Positions 1-12,123 of a stretch of DNA of 64,000 nt are shown here, one piece after another (the first letter of the stretch is position 1; every line of letters begins with the position of its first letter). Source of the stretch: Epiperipatus broadwayi (taxonomy: Eukaryota > Animalia > Onychophora); the NCBI GenBank assembly GCA_028023455.1, contig JAQFVV010000004.1:21266001-21330000 (forward strand). The letters are read 5' to 3'. A model generated the notes under the pieces. That model did not search any database and was not told the DNA's origin. It saw only the letters and a list, made by a program, of their open reading frames with translations. The position numbers were made by a program, and so were the translations under genes.

Positions 1-1368
1 CAAGGAAAAGTATATTACTTTTTACTAATTAGTAAAGTTTATATGTTTTTTTTTAAAAAAGAATAATTTAATTAAAATTGTTTTTGCCAAGCCAAAAGAT
101 CTAATAGAATGAGCAGAGCTACTTTACTAAAGACAATAAATGAAATCGGCTATTCGTTCATTATGTAGAAGGAAAATGTATAGTCACATATCAAAATCAT
201 ATGTTTATAAATGCTGTGAAGTACAGATTCACATGGTATTTCTGAAAATGTAAAAACCTTTTGACTGCAGTGTGATGATCAAACAATAACAATAGGTCGA
301 TAAAAATATCAAGATGATATTTATTCAATTTATATTTGTATCTGCTTGTAAAATTGACTATAGATGTCTTGCTAGTTTTATTGGGACTCTTGATTTCACT
401 GTAAAGTTCTTACTGATGATCACATAAAATGTTTAAACTTTTAAATAAAATGACTAGTTAAATTTAGTTATCTCCCAATTTTGTAATTGTTCTTCTTGTC
501 CACAAGAGGTCTAAAGTAATTATCATGACCTTACTAGATTTTCCAACCAAGTGATTGCTAATGACTGTATCTTTTGATCTTAGTGAAAATGTTAAGATGA
601 CTTCTTTTTTTTATCAGTACTTTGTCATCAAATGCAGTAAGTCTTGTAAATATTGTGTTCTTTTCAAACTTTCCACATAATGCTAATGAAATAACAACTA
701 TTACAGTAAAAAAGTCCTTGAAAAAAGAATTACTTGGTTTTTTGCAACATGAATTTTGAACCAATTACAAATCAGATTATTTAACAACTCACTGACAATA
801 GCTTCATCTATAGCTTACTGAGCCATGATTTTAAACTAAATCCATTTCTGTTGCAAAGACAACATCTTTACTGAATAATACATTAAAATTACATGACTGG
901 TTGAACATTGAGCAAAAATAGATACCTAGGATACTAAAGTTTTTATCACACAGAGTATCTCACTGCATAGCATATCATGATAGTCACATGTAATATTAAC
1001 TATTAAATGATTTTTCTTATATTTACGGTATACTGCTTTGGAAATTAAGTATATTACAAATCACTGCATATATATTTGATGATGTTCATCTCATTTGCAT
1101 CAAAATGGTGAAGCAAAGTAGTCAAGGATATTGGATAAGGAAGCACAGATTGTCCATTTATCTTCTCAAATATTTAAATTTTATAAAGCAGCAAATAAAA
1201 ATAAACATCATTATTAAATAATACAGAAAAAACTATTTTTATGTCCCATTATGTAAACTAAAAGAGAAATATCATAGGATAGTTTGCCACTCAGTGCCAA
1301 CCAGAGTAATCAATGGATTCCAGAAGGGTTGTGCATAAAATCCCCATCTAGTGCCTACTCATCCAATA

Positions 1369-1410
1369 TCCCCAGACTAGTTTCTGGCTTGTGGCCTCCG
1401 TCAGTGAGGA
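1369..1410 (-). ncRNA. Type I hammerhead ribozyme motif (family A, copy 1; A9 to G variant)
   Basis: Minus strand reads TCCTCA-CTGACGG-A-GGC-CACAA-GCC-A-GAAA-C-TA-G-TC-TGGGGA. Stem I is TCCTCA/TGGGGA and the GUC cleavage triplet is present. Confidence 0.65.
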
Positions 1411-1819
1411 GCTTTGGATCTGAGAGCACTGCACTTAGATCTTAGGATCTAATGCAACTCTCAAGCAGCCACCTTTTATCTCTACTTAACTATAAAATTA
1501 TGAGAATAAAATTGAAGACACAATAATAATTTCAATCTAAGATCAATAGCTTATGTAGTCATATGGGTCTGAACCCAGTTCAGTACCCATACATTTTGGT
1601 GTCTTTGGCTCTTTAACAACCATAGCCACCACTATACTATTGGGAAGGATTGGTGTTAAACCGCTAAACATCAAATGATCACTATTTCTTATGCTAGCAC
1701 ATAACTATTATTAAAAACAGGCAAAAACATACAGTAGTGCATCAGTGCCAACCAGAGTAATCAATGAATGCCAGAAGGCTTGTGCATAAAATCTCCATCT
1801 AGTGCCTACTCATCCAATA

Positions 1820-1860
1820 TCCCCAGACTAGTTTCTGACTTGTGGCTTCGTCAGTGAGGA
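1820..1860 (-). ncRNA. Type I hammerhead ribozyme motif (family A, copy 2; weakened stem II)
   Basis: Minus strand reads TCCTCA-CTGACGA-AGC-CACAA-GTC-A-GAAA-CTAG-TC-TGGGGA. Confidence 0.6.
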
Positions 1861-3767
1861 GCTTTGGATTCAAAAGAATAAAAGACATGCAGATTACTAA
1901 CCCAGATAAATTAAAAGAATTCCAAAAGTAAAAAGATTACAATTAGAAAAATCTTTTTAGGTAATTAAAGATGGCAGAATTATGTTAAAAAAGACTTTGT
2001 AACTTAAATTTAAGAAAGAGTGTACAAGATTATTATCTTGTATGCTGATAAAAAGACAAAAGAAAATAGATGCACAGAAATTTCAAAAAATGGATTGAGA
2101 TATAAAAAGAGGACAACTTCGATCTAGGTCTTCTCTTTACCTTCTGGTTGCATGTCTTAGAGTTGGAGGTTTCTGTGAGCATAATCTGTGGCAATAATAT
2201 ATTTCTGTGTAGGTACGTCACTTGCTGAACCAAGTCGTCATGCAAGCATAGAAACGGAGCCTTGTGAATACTGCTTTTTGCAATGAAAGGGTAATTGCAA
2301 ACGTGCATTTTTCTCCAGCTATAGAACAGACCAATAATTGAAGATGCTGGCAGAAGAGACCAATTGAACTTTCTATGAGCTCGGAATCCCATGAATCTAC
2401 ACAAACTTACCGGTAAGCTAAGATTATTCATATCCTGATTGTGACTAAATTAAGTTTGCAAACCATTCTTCCTATAAGCTTATAATATAATCTTGATATA
2501 GATTTTAATTTTCTTATTCAAGAGACTTTCATTTAAGGAATTTTCTAGAAGAAATTTGGAAGTGAACTGTAATTGTGAAACTATTTTAATTAATTGATTT
2601 AATATCTGGATTAGCGTGCATGTAATCTTTCCAATTAATTAGTAATGTGTTTTCAATATTTTAATTTGTTAGAATAAAAATATTTATTTCTAATATCAAC
2701 TATTCATTGTGCGTTATTAATGTTAGTTATTAAATTTATTAATGTTAGTTTATTAAAATTTGAGCATATAATTTACCTTTGCCAATATTTGTTGATTAAA
2801 CCCTGGGAATAATATTCTCTAAAAAAATAAAGTTACATGAAAGCATAACCCCGATCTTTTAGTTACATCAAAATTATGGGATACGAAGAAGTTATGAGTC
2901 TAATGACTATGGCGCCCTGTTATAAATTAAAACTAACTTCATCGGCAATTCCTGTCATAATAATTAGTAGGCCAGTTAATCAAGAAATATAGCTATGTTT
3001 TTAAAAATATGAACAATATATTTCTTAGCCATAGCTTGATTAACTTTCACTTAACAGTGTGTAAAAGACAGCCTACCAGAATCTATTAAAACATGAAAAA
3101 TGTTACTATATATATATATAAACCATCTAGGTTACATGGCATACAGTAACATAGTTGTGTGTGTACACGTATATATAAATTAAAGTAAAAGTAGAATAAA
3201 CACAGACATTAATTTTTGTAGATATTTTCTACATTTTACTTGGAATAATAATGACTGTAAAGGGTTAAATAACTCTGATTTAAAATAAAATTTTATTATA
3301 AATTAAACTTTTAAAAAGGTCTAAATAAATAGAAATATTGTATTATTATTCTGATATTGAACTTTAAAAACAAATATGGTATTTTTGAATTTTTTTAATT
3401 AATTGAACAAAATTTCTATCTATTAGAAATCACCTAAGTGAAAACATGTATATCATACTTTGATAAATATTTCAAGCTTGTTTTCAAAAGGGATTAGAGA
3501 GATAAAAAAATTCTGTTTTCAGTCAAGGTGTTGTTATCACCTCAGATGATTCTATAAAAGGGCTGATGAAAATATCAGCTGCAGTCTGGATAGAAGGTTT
3601 TGTAAGAGCTGATCAGCTGCAAAGTTGGTTATAATATTTTGTTGCAGTTAGTTGAAGTTTGCACCTGTTGGTTTTAGCTGGCCAGAGAGATAGCTGGCAG
3701 ATTTATAAAGCCCCCATGAGATGTAGCTAAAGTCAAGGCAGGAGATCCAGCAGCAATCTATCAATTA

Positions 3768-4001
3768 ATGATAATGGAGTTTGAATTCACTTGGGGGGAA
3801 TGGGTTATCATGGCTATAAATGTGGACAAAATAGTTTGCTGGCCTGAAGCTCATCAATCCCAGGCAGAAGAAAGATCACTGCAGACCAACTTAACTGAAC
3901 TATATTTTACTGATGGAGCAAAAACCAAGCTTACCAAGAGAATGCTTGAAGAAATTGGTATACATATGCCAAGAACAATTACCTGGATTATAATTTCCTG
4001 A
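3768..4001 (+). pseudogene. Possible RNase H-like fragment of a decayed retroelement
   Basis: The ORF contains LYFTDGAKTK, resembling the RNase H first-Asp motif (Y/F)TDGSK. No other motif supports it. Confidence 0.25.
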
Positions 4002-7000
4002 TTATGACTATCTCCATTAAAAAAAATTATCAGTTGATGAAGAAGTAGTTATATAAATGCTGCTGTTTCTATATGCAGAAAAACACTGATAAAAATATAT
4101 ACAAGAATGAGTTGTTTTTAAATAATTCATTTAAAAATAGACATATAGAACAATATTATTTTTAAGTCATTTAAAAATCTATATATTTTAAAAGATAACA
4201 AGTAAAGTTTGCTTGCATTGAATTAAAATCAGAATGTTGCGAATTAATTCTTTGACTGACTTATTTTTCTTTAAAAAAAATTATCTAAAAATAGATTTTT
4301 ATAATAATCAGTTAAAGACTGATTTTATTTTTTTGAAAAAAAAAAAAGGGGGACATTTTAAAATGCATTGATAATTAATAATTCTATTGTGATAAATACA
4401 AATGTTATGTAGATAAATTAATATATTGCACATCTGTGCAAATTATATATATATATGCATTTCAGTAAAGCTAGTATGTAAAATGTATATCATTTAATTG
4501 AAACTTTAATCATTTATTATATTTTTATATAACTTAAGATTTTGATAATTATTTTGCAACAAGTCAAATATGTTCAGAAATTACATGCATACACATGTAC
4601 ATGTGCATATATAGATCAATGCTTGTTAAATAGAACACAAAAATTTTTAGTCACTTTTAAATTTTGTTAAATGTCAATTGAAATGTTTTCATTGTATATT
4701 ATAAAAAGCACATCTGTGTATGGATATATATATATGTGTGTTTATAGAAACATATTAAGAAGTAATATAATCAATGTAATAAATTGAAATTTGTATATCA
4801 ACCTTGTTTAACAGTCTACCCACAATCTTATTCTAAGAATTTGAGTGAGAACAAGTTATTACCCCAAGCTTCGAGTAGGTATATTTATGAGCATGGACTA
4901 ATTCCCATCTCAAGTGCCAATCTTATCAATAAGAATTATACCCCTCAAAAACAAAAAAAAAGGTTCCAGTTGACCCTTTTTGGGTACCTTATCCAGACTA
5001 GCTCGATCTCAAGGTCTGGGAGACAATGTCTATTGGGAGAATGAAGCCAAGGTTATCTTACCAAGAAATGTCATATATATACCTTTATAATTTTCCTATC
5101 TGCCTTACGAATCTTATTATAATGATCCAGAAATTATAAGAATCCCATAATGCAAATAAAGACACAAGTTATAGTTAAATTCTAAGATTTATTAATACAC
5201 ATATATATTAATATCTCAAACATATGACTCATTCATTCTGATATATATATATATAAAAGATTAATATACACATTCACGAAAGAGTGCAACTACATGTCAA
5301 AGTTGTATTTATTAAATGATTTAATCTATTTTCTAATTACTTTTTTTAAAATGGAATAAAGCACATGTTTCTTAATTTATTATTAAGTGTTCATTTAATA
5401 TATATTGAGAAAAGGTCAAACTTACCTTGTTTGAGAGTGAACGTTCATGTGTTAAGACTGATGATCTGTAATCTTACAGTATTATAATGGAAATGGTTTT
5501 AGAGAGAGTTGTTGGTCTGAAAGATGATGAAAGATTCCATAAGATTTTCACATAAGATAATCCATCCTAGAGGTTAGGTAGATGATTCTAAACTTGATTG
5601 AACAAAAATTCTGTTTGGAGTTCCATGATTATTTCACTTGTTTAAACTAGACGACAAAATCTCCACAGATAAAGTTCAGGCAGGTCACACAATAGCAGTC
5701 CACTGGACCAGTCCAAAGAATCCACATGATTATATTTACCTCATCATTTCAAGGGATTCCATTATTATTAATTTTTATTAATTAATAATCACATTATGAA
5801 ATTTTCTTTTCCGTGATTCTTTCTTTCTAACCGTCCCTTTTCAGAATCATTACAAAATCAAAAAAATATATATAGTTCTTTTCTTTTAATGCTCTTTCAC
5901 CTCACCTTTTTTTATCTATCCATATGCCGATGACCATATCTCAGAAATGCTCTTAGCTTCGATTGTTCCAAAATACTAAATTGACCACTTCTGGGAATTC
6001 CGATGACCAGTGTCATTAACAGAAATTGCCCGCAGAACAACCTTCACTTCCTTTTATTACTTTCCAGCCTTATATGTTTAATTTGCTTTCATTAAGAAAC
6101 ATGCGCTACTAATGACATTATTTAAATCTATAACTTACGATATTAATAAGCAACAAAAATATATAAAACAAAAATATAAAATACAACTCTGCACATAACC
6201 GCTTGTCTTCATCTTCACATACAAATCTGTTAGTAATTAATTCCACACAACACAATAACATGTGTAATAAATATATATGTATTTCATTCATACTCTTTTG
6301 TAACAGGATTCAAAAGAATATCTATAAATGTTCTCGCATCTATCAATTTAATTCATAATAATAATCACAATAAACACTCTTTTGCAATTATTATTGCCCT
6401 TCACTTCCTTTAGTACCTGTATTCGAACCCAGTTACTGTTACACTTGTAAATCACAAAGTGATAACTTTTAATATTGTATATTATTCAAAATCACAAGCC
6501 TGATTCTACAGACCTTAATATCACTTTTTTATTTTTAATTGTTAATAAACTTGTATTCAATTATGAAAATTATTCCAGTGGTTCTAAATATTTTTAGAAT
6601 ATCTGTGTTCATCATTTCTTAGTCACCATTACAGTAATGAACTTATGTTCTGAGATAGATTCATGTATAATGGCTGATATATAAATGGAAATGTATTTTA
6701 ATGCTTTAGGAGCATCTAGTGATGAGAAATCATCATTATCTTGATTGGCACATAAGATTATATTCTTTAAAGCTCCTGCATTAGTGGCCAGAGCATTGAT
6801 GATGATCAGCATGTTTTAATGTCCCAGCATTATAATTTTTCTGAGATTTTATTATTATGTATTTTGATGGATGAGCACTTAGTTGGTGCATCCAAATTAA
6901 TGGTTTCAATAATCTGTCACAAGCTGGCAAGGACTAAATAGTTAGGCTGGTCTGTAGAAGACTCATTTTCAATCCAGTCACCAGTTGACTGTTGATTTAT

Positions 7001-8520
7001 ATTGATTTTATTTGATGTTGATCATTCATGATGATAAATGGTTATTTCTTATGAGTATTATTGATTTTTACTTTTAAAATTATAATGCTGGTTGGTGGAT
7101 ATATAATTATATTTTAGTTGCTCTGAGGAGTTAACTGATCTAACTAGCTGATCTCAGAGCGATTTTGATATCCTATCCTTGAATATAAAATTGATTTCTT
7201 ATATTTTGGATGTTAAACATTACTCTAACATTTTTTTATAACATCTTACTTAAAACATCTTACTTAAATATTATACTTTGGTAAATTATTGATTTTGTAT
7301 TTAATGAACTGGGTGGATGATAATTTTGCCATCACTCCAGGTTCACTCCAGGGACAATCACCCTGATTCCCCCACTGGACACTCCACTTCTTTTTATCAC
7401 TGAGGGCACCACTAGGCCACTGTTGACCTAGAATTAATTGAATGTAAATGCCTGAAAGTAGAAAAGATACAAATAATAAAGTTGGGAAGAATAAATATAA
7501 GGAAAGTGATTATACAGAAAGTGGGTTATTGATTTTTATGCTGGGTTTGGGAAAAGATAAAAGGTGTTTAGATATAAAAACCATGAAGTTGACAAAGATT
7601 ATGTTATGGAAATGGGATGGAGCAGGATATGGGAAAACTTAGGGTGTGGATGGAAAGGGAAAGTAAAATGACTAATAGATTTCTCTGGGCATAGTTGCTG
7701 AGAGATTCCTGACTCTGTATAAAGAGAAGTCATGGTACAACACATCACATCAACATCACATAGAAAATTTGATTTATGGTGATCAAAAAGTTAATAATGA
7801 TAAATATAAATGCCACCAACTAGACACAGGGAAAGAAAGAGATCTTAAACATTGTTCAGACAATTGAGGGACAGGACACAAACAAACATCAGCCAAAAAC
7901 AAATATAATTATTAATAATTTTTATTAAATTCAAAAATATTACTCAAAAAGAAATATATAAGTTGACCCAAATTCTCCCACTTTTTTAGTCTGAGTGTGT
8001 GTGACAATATTATGGTATATCAAACACTTAAGAGGATAATTTTGTTTCATCATCTAAGCATAAAGAGAATTATCATGATATTTCTCCCCGCAATCTATCT
8101 ACACAAATTCCAATTTCTTTTATTAAAGATTTTAATAAAACCAATCTTGGATGGAAGTTAACAAACAGTGCAGATTGATCTTTCCTTAACCCAGTAAAAA
8201 CATTGTAATAAAACACTCCTTAAACACTCATAAGGGCTTGCGTATGATATGGCCATTAAGGTTACCTCCATGCAAGCGAAGAGAAAAGTTTACAATTTTA
8301 TGTGAACTGAAATATAAGAAAACAAAATCTCATACACTATATGGCATCCAAGAAAAACAAAACTACTTAATCAATAAATCACCAGCCAAAAGATCTACTG
8401 TCTGCAGGAAATGCAAACATACATTAAACTAAATTAATTTCTACTAAAATAGGGACCAGGTAAGTTAAAAAAACTACTATTACCTGCCAAAGTGTTTAAC
8501 ATCAATTATTATTATTATTA

Positions 8521-8737
<217 letters not shown>

Positions 8738-9295
8738 TTCAATTCAATTCTTTATTTATTTAATGTACATATCAACAGCATTTAGCCAATTATAGATTGC
8801 ACAGTAATGTAATTATTAGATACAAATCTAAATAAGCATTAAAATAAATAATAATAAAATAAATAATACCAATAAAATAGAAAAACAATAAAATGCACAA
8901 ATAAATAAAAAGGCAATATAGCAAATGGAATCAAGGATAATATTTTTTTATGAGGACCTTAGTGAATTGTTTAAAATCCAAATTAAAAACATAATCATTA
9001 CCAAAATCTTTGTTATAAGTTCTAGGTAAATGAAATAAAGGAGAAAATCTTAATACATCGGATTTACAAATTTTCAGTTCAAAAACATTGTGAGTACGAG
9101 TGTTATAATTCTGTTTCTTAATACCTAATTTAGAAAGCAAATTAGATACAGAAATATTCTGGGAGATGAATTTATGAAGAAGTTTGAGATCTCTTATTTT
9201 TCGTCTCAGAAGTAAATCAACATAGTGTTCACTACCTAAACTATTTAATTTTGCAAATTTGTCAAAAACAGACTGAATTCTTATGACATCTGTTC
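8738..9295 (-). mobile_element. 5'-truncated CR1/L2-like LINE 3' end (ORF2 C-terminus + 3' UTR)
   Basis: Minus translation RDLKLLHKFISQNISVSNLLSKL..NYNTRTHNVFEL..FSPLFHLPRTYN..DYVF..FKQF matches the usual CR1/L2/Jockey-group ORF2 C-terminus. The UTR ends GCTGTT..TAAATAAATAAA and runs into the (TTA)n tail. Confidence 0.7.
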
Positions 9296-9879
9296 TGTTA
9301 TGATGATGATGATGATAATAATAATAATAAAGAAAAACAATAAGTATAAAAAAATTAACTCACAATACATTTTCTGACAAAGTGATAAATAAAATCTTTA
9401 ATTCTCTATACTTCATAGATTCTATAAAGAAAAATACATATAATAAAATAAAGCTTTATAAATTGATTAATAATATCTGAACATAGATGAATAAACCTAT
9501 CATACATTTTCTTTTTTAAGTATCAAGCTTAGAGACCTAAGTCCTAGTTAAAATAAAAAATATTCAATTATCTTCCAGGCTTCAGTTGTTCTATCTGATT
9601 TATTCCAGCAGTTGTGCACAAGGTTTTAGTTCTATCAGAATTACATTATGATGGTTTTTGATCTCCATTAATCTGATTGGGAAGCACTAAGGCAAACTTC
9701 AGGATCAGTTTCAAACTAGGCATTTAGGACATGTTCAAGATGCCACAATTTCTAGCTTCAGGATTCATTTTAGATGACTTAGCATGGGATACATTTAATA
9801 TGGTTCTTTAAGGTGGGTAATTTCTGTATTATGGATAGATGGTTTCGTCTTCTCCTCAAATGGTTTCTTTAACAGTTAG

Positions 9880-10062
9880 CAACCAGCAAGTAGTAATCTG
9901 AAATTTGCAAAAACACTGCAAATAGTAATCAGCAATTGCAATTTTTAATATGCAATTCTCTTAGCAATCTTCAATTCGCACTCAGCAAATCTTTATATAT
10001 CAGCAATTTGCAATTAGTGATCTTTAGTGCACAATTTTCTAATATGCAAAAATCCTTCTTTG
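9880..10062 (+). repeat. Degenerate GCAA-rich minisatellite-like tract
   Basis: More than 12 GCAA motifs (cagcaat, atatgcaa, ttgcaa) recur with short irregular spacing. Confidence 0.55.
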
Positions 10063-10104
10063 CAAATAAAACAGAGCTTTTATATACTATTTTTATCTCC
10101 CACC

Positions 10105-10192
10105 AGATCTTAATTAAAAGTTTTAACCAGAGCTATTCTTTATCTCTCATTAGATCTTAATTAAAATTTTAACCAGGGCTATTCTTTATCTT
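10105..10192 (+). repeat. 47-bp tandem duplication
   Basis: agatcttaattaaaa..ttttaaccag(a/g)gctattctttatct starts at 10105 and again at 10152. Confidence 0.9.
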
Positions 10193-10498
10193 CTGTTTTT
10201 ATTTTTCAAATACCACATTTACTAAATCAGAAAATAAGTATCTGCTTTTAAAATAGATTAAAACAAAAACGAAAAAAATTATATCAATCAAAACTCTTTT
10301 AAATCAAAATATTTTTATGATTTCACAATATAAAGTACTTGTGTTATGGCACGTATGCTTACAAACAAAAAAAAATACAAAATTTTAAATAAAATGTTCT
10401 ATTCCCCTTTAAAATCTTATAGATATACATTTTAGTTTTGATTTTAGAAGGGATGATTTTTGAAGTGGAGAAAGTCTCCAGTTTAACTTATATATACA

Positions 10499-10872
10499 TT
10501 TAAACAATAGTTTCTTTAATAGGATGATGATGACCACTACACAGTCACTATTTGCAATACCTAATTAGATCACAAAGAGTGAAAAATACTCATAATAAAG
10601 GAACATGGAATAAATATGCAAACTAGACAATATTACATATAAAGAGATTAGGTTAACACATTATAACAACAACAGTTTAATTACAAAATATAAATGTCAG
10701 TTAAAATTAAACTTAAATTTACTTTTTAATAAAAACACTTATACAATCTCTTATATTTTTAGTTCATACACAAACAAAAACAATAATTATTTATAAAATG
10801 TCCAAGATTTCTTTAATCAACTTTCAACATTAATCTTCATTACATTTATAATTTTAATACAGTATTATAATT
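10499..10872. repeat. Dispersed repeat family C, copy 1
   Basis: The block aggatgatgatgaccactac..tatttgcaatacc..tagaccac/tagatcac..gacaatattacatat recurs at about 21003-21352 and 31546-31752. Confidence 0.85.
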
Positions 10873-11088
10873 GAAAAAATATACATATTAACCTATTATC
10901 ACCCCTGTTAACAAACTTTTTAACAACTGCAATATGAAAAAAAACTTTTTTCTTTAAAGTATATATGTCTTATAAACTATAATAGTTTGTTCATTGAATT
11001 CAATCAAATTATATACTCTTCTTCTTTTCTTTTTAAAAACTTTATTTCTTCTCATCAATCATATATACAGATTTACAACTTTAACACC

Positions 11089-12123
11089 CAATGTTTCAAC
11101 CACTTTTTTCTGTAGTTATTTTCAAGGATCTATGAAATTACATATTTATATCACTATTATTACAAATAAAATTAATATATAAAAATGTATATACCTGTAT
11201 CATAAAAACAATAACATTTCTCTTTTATCTATCAATATATCTTTTTACATGTATATTACATTATATAATCTGCATTTACTTACTTCTTTTTTCTCTCCAA
11301 ACCTTTCCCCCTTTTTACATACACATTTCTTTATATATATATAAATCCAAGAATTTTCTTTCTTTTTGTCCTTTTTATATGCTTAACCAATTACTTTAAA
11401 ACAATACATTTTTTTTATTATACCATTTTTAATTTGTTTTTTATTTTAATCTATCTTTTGTATAATCTATTCTATTTAAGACAGGTTTTTCTCTTTATAT
11501 ATATAAACTTTCTTTTATCATTCTTTCTTTATATAATTTTACTTTTTCTAACATTCTTATCTTAAAATTTATATGCCCAAATTCTTTACTATGTATATTA
11601 AAAATTTAATATTAAATATTTAATAATAAGAATTTGGACATATAAATTTTAAGATAAGAATGTTAGAAAAAGTAAAATTATATAAAGAAAGAATAAGCGA
11701 AAGTTTATATACAAAAAGAAAAAAGCATATCTTAAATAGGATGAATTGTACATAAGATAGATAAAAATAAAAAACAAATTAAAAGTGATATAATAAATAA
11801 AAAGTATTATTTTAAAATAATTGGTTAAGAGTATAAAAAAGACAAAAAGAAAGAAAAATATAGTTTTATATATATATATAAAGAAATGTGTATGTAAAAT
11901 GGGGGAAAAGTTTTGAGAAAAAAAAGAAGTAAGTAAATGTAGATTATATAATGTACTATATATGTAAAAAGATGTATTGATAGATGAAACGGAAATGTTA
12001 TTGTTTTTTATGATAAGGGTGTATATATTCGTATATATTAATTTTATTTGTATAATAATGATATAAATATGTAATTTTGTAGATCCTTGAAAATGGATAC
12101 AGTAAAAAGTAGTCAAAACATTG
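11089..12123. repeat. Long fold-back inverted repeat (arms about 11089-11586 and 11628-12123, ~41-bp spacer)
   Basis: The arms are reverse complements, e.g. ttcaaggatcta / tagatccttgaa and ttaaccaatta / taattggttaa. Confidence 0.93.

Larger units (their letters stand above)
1293..1870 (-). mobile_element. Family A hammerhead-containing non-autonomous repeat (about 1.3 tandem units, ~451-bp period)
   Basis: 1293-1420 is repeated directly at 1744-1870. The whole unit recurs at 56761-57734. On the minus strand it contains an A/B-box-like head (about 1560-1635) and HHR motifs. Confidence 0.85.

Noticed and set aside
380-1000. Possible hAT transposase C-terminal relic on the minus strand (QSLGWK resembling DPL.WWK; FDDKV)
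   Set aside because: The diagnostic LDPRFK and PATS..SER.FS motifs could not be recovered in any frame.
2033-2431. 132-aa minus ORF, and plus-strand splice-like signals (ttctccag .. gtaagc)
   Set aside because: No recognisable domain. The candidate plus exon has stops in all three frames near its start, so I cannot support it as a CDS.
7290-7440. A-box-like GTGGCCTAGTGGT (minus) and CTGAGGG near GC-rich hairpins
   Set aside because: There is no B box on the same strand and no GAAA/stem II arrangement, so it is neither a tRNA nor an HHR.
11649-12116. 155-aa hydrophobic ORF
   Set aside because: Low-complexity AT-rich arm of the fold-back repeat; its F/I/L/Y bias comes from base composition.
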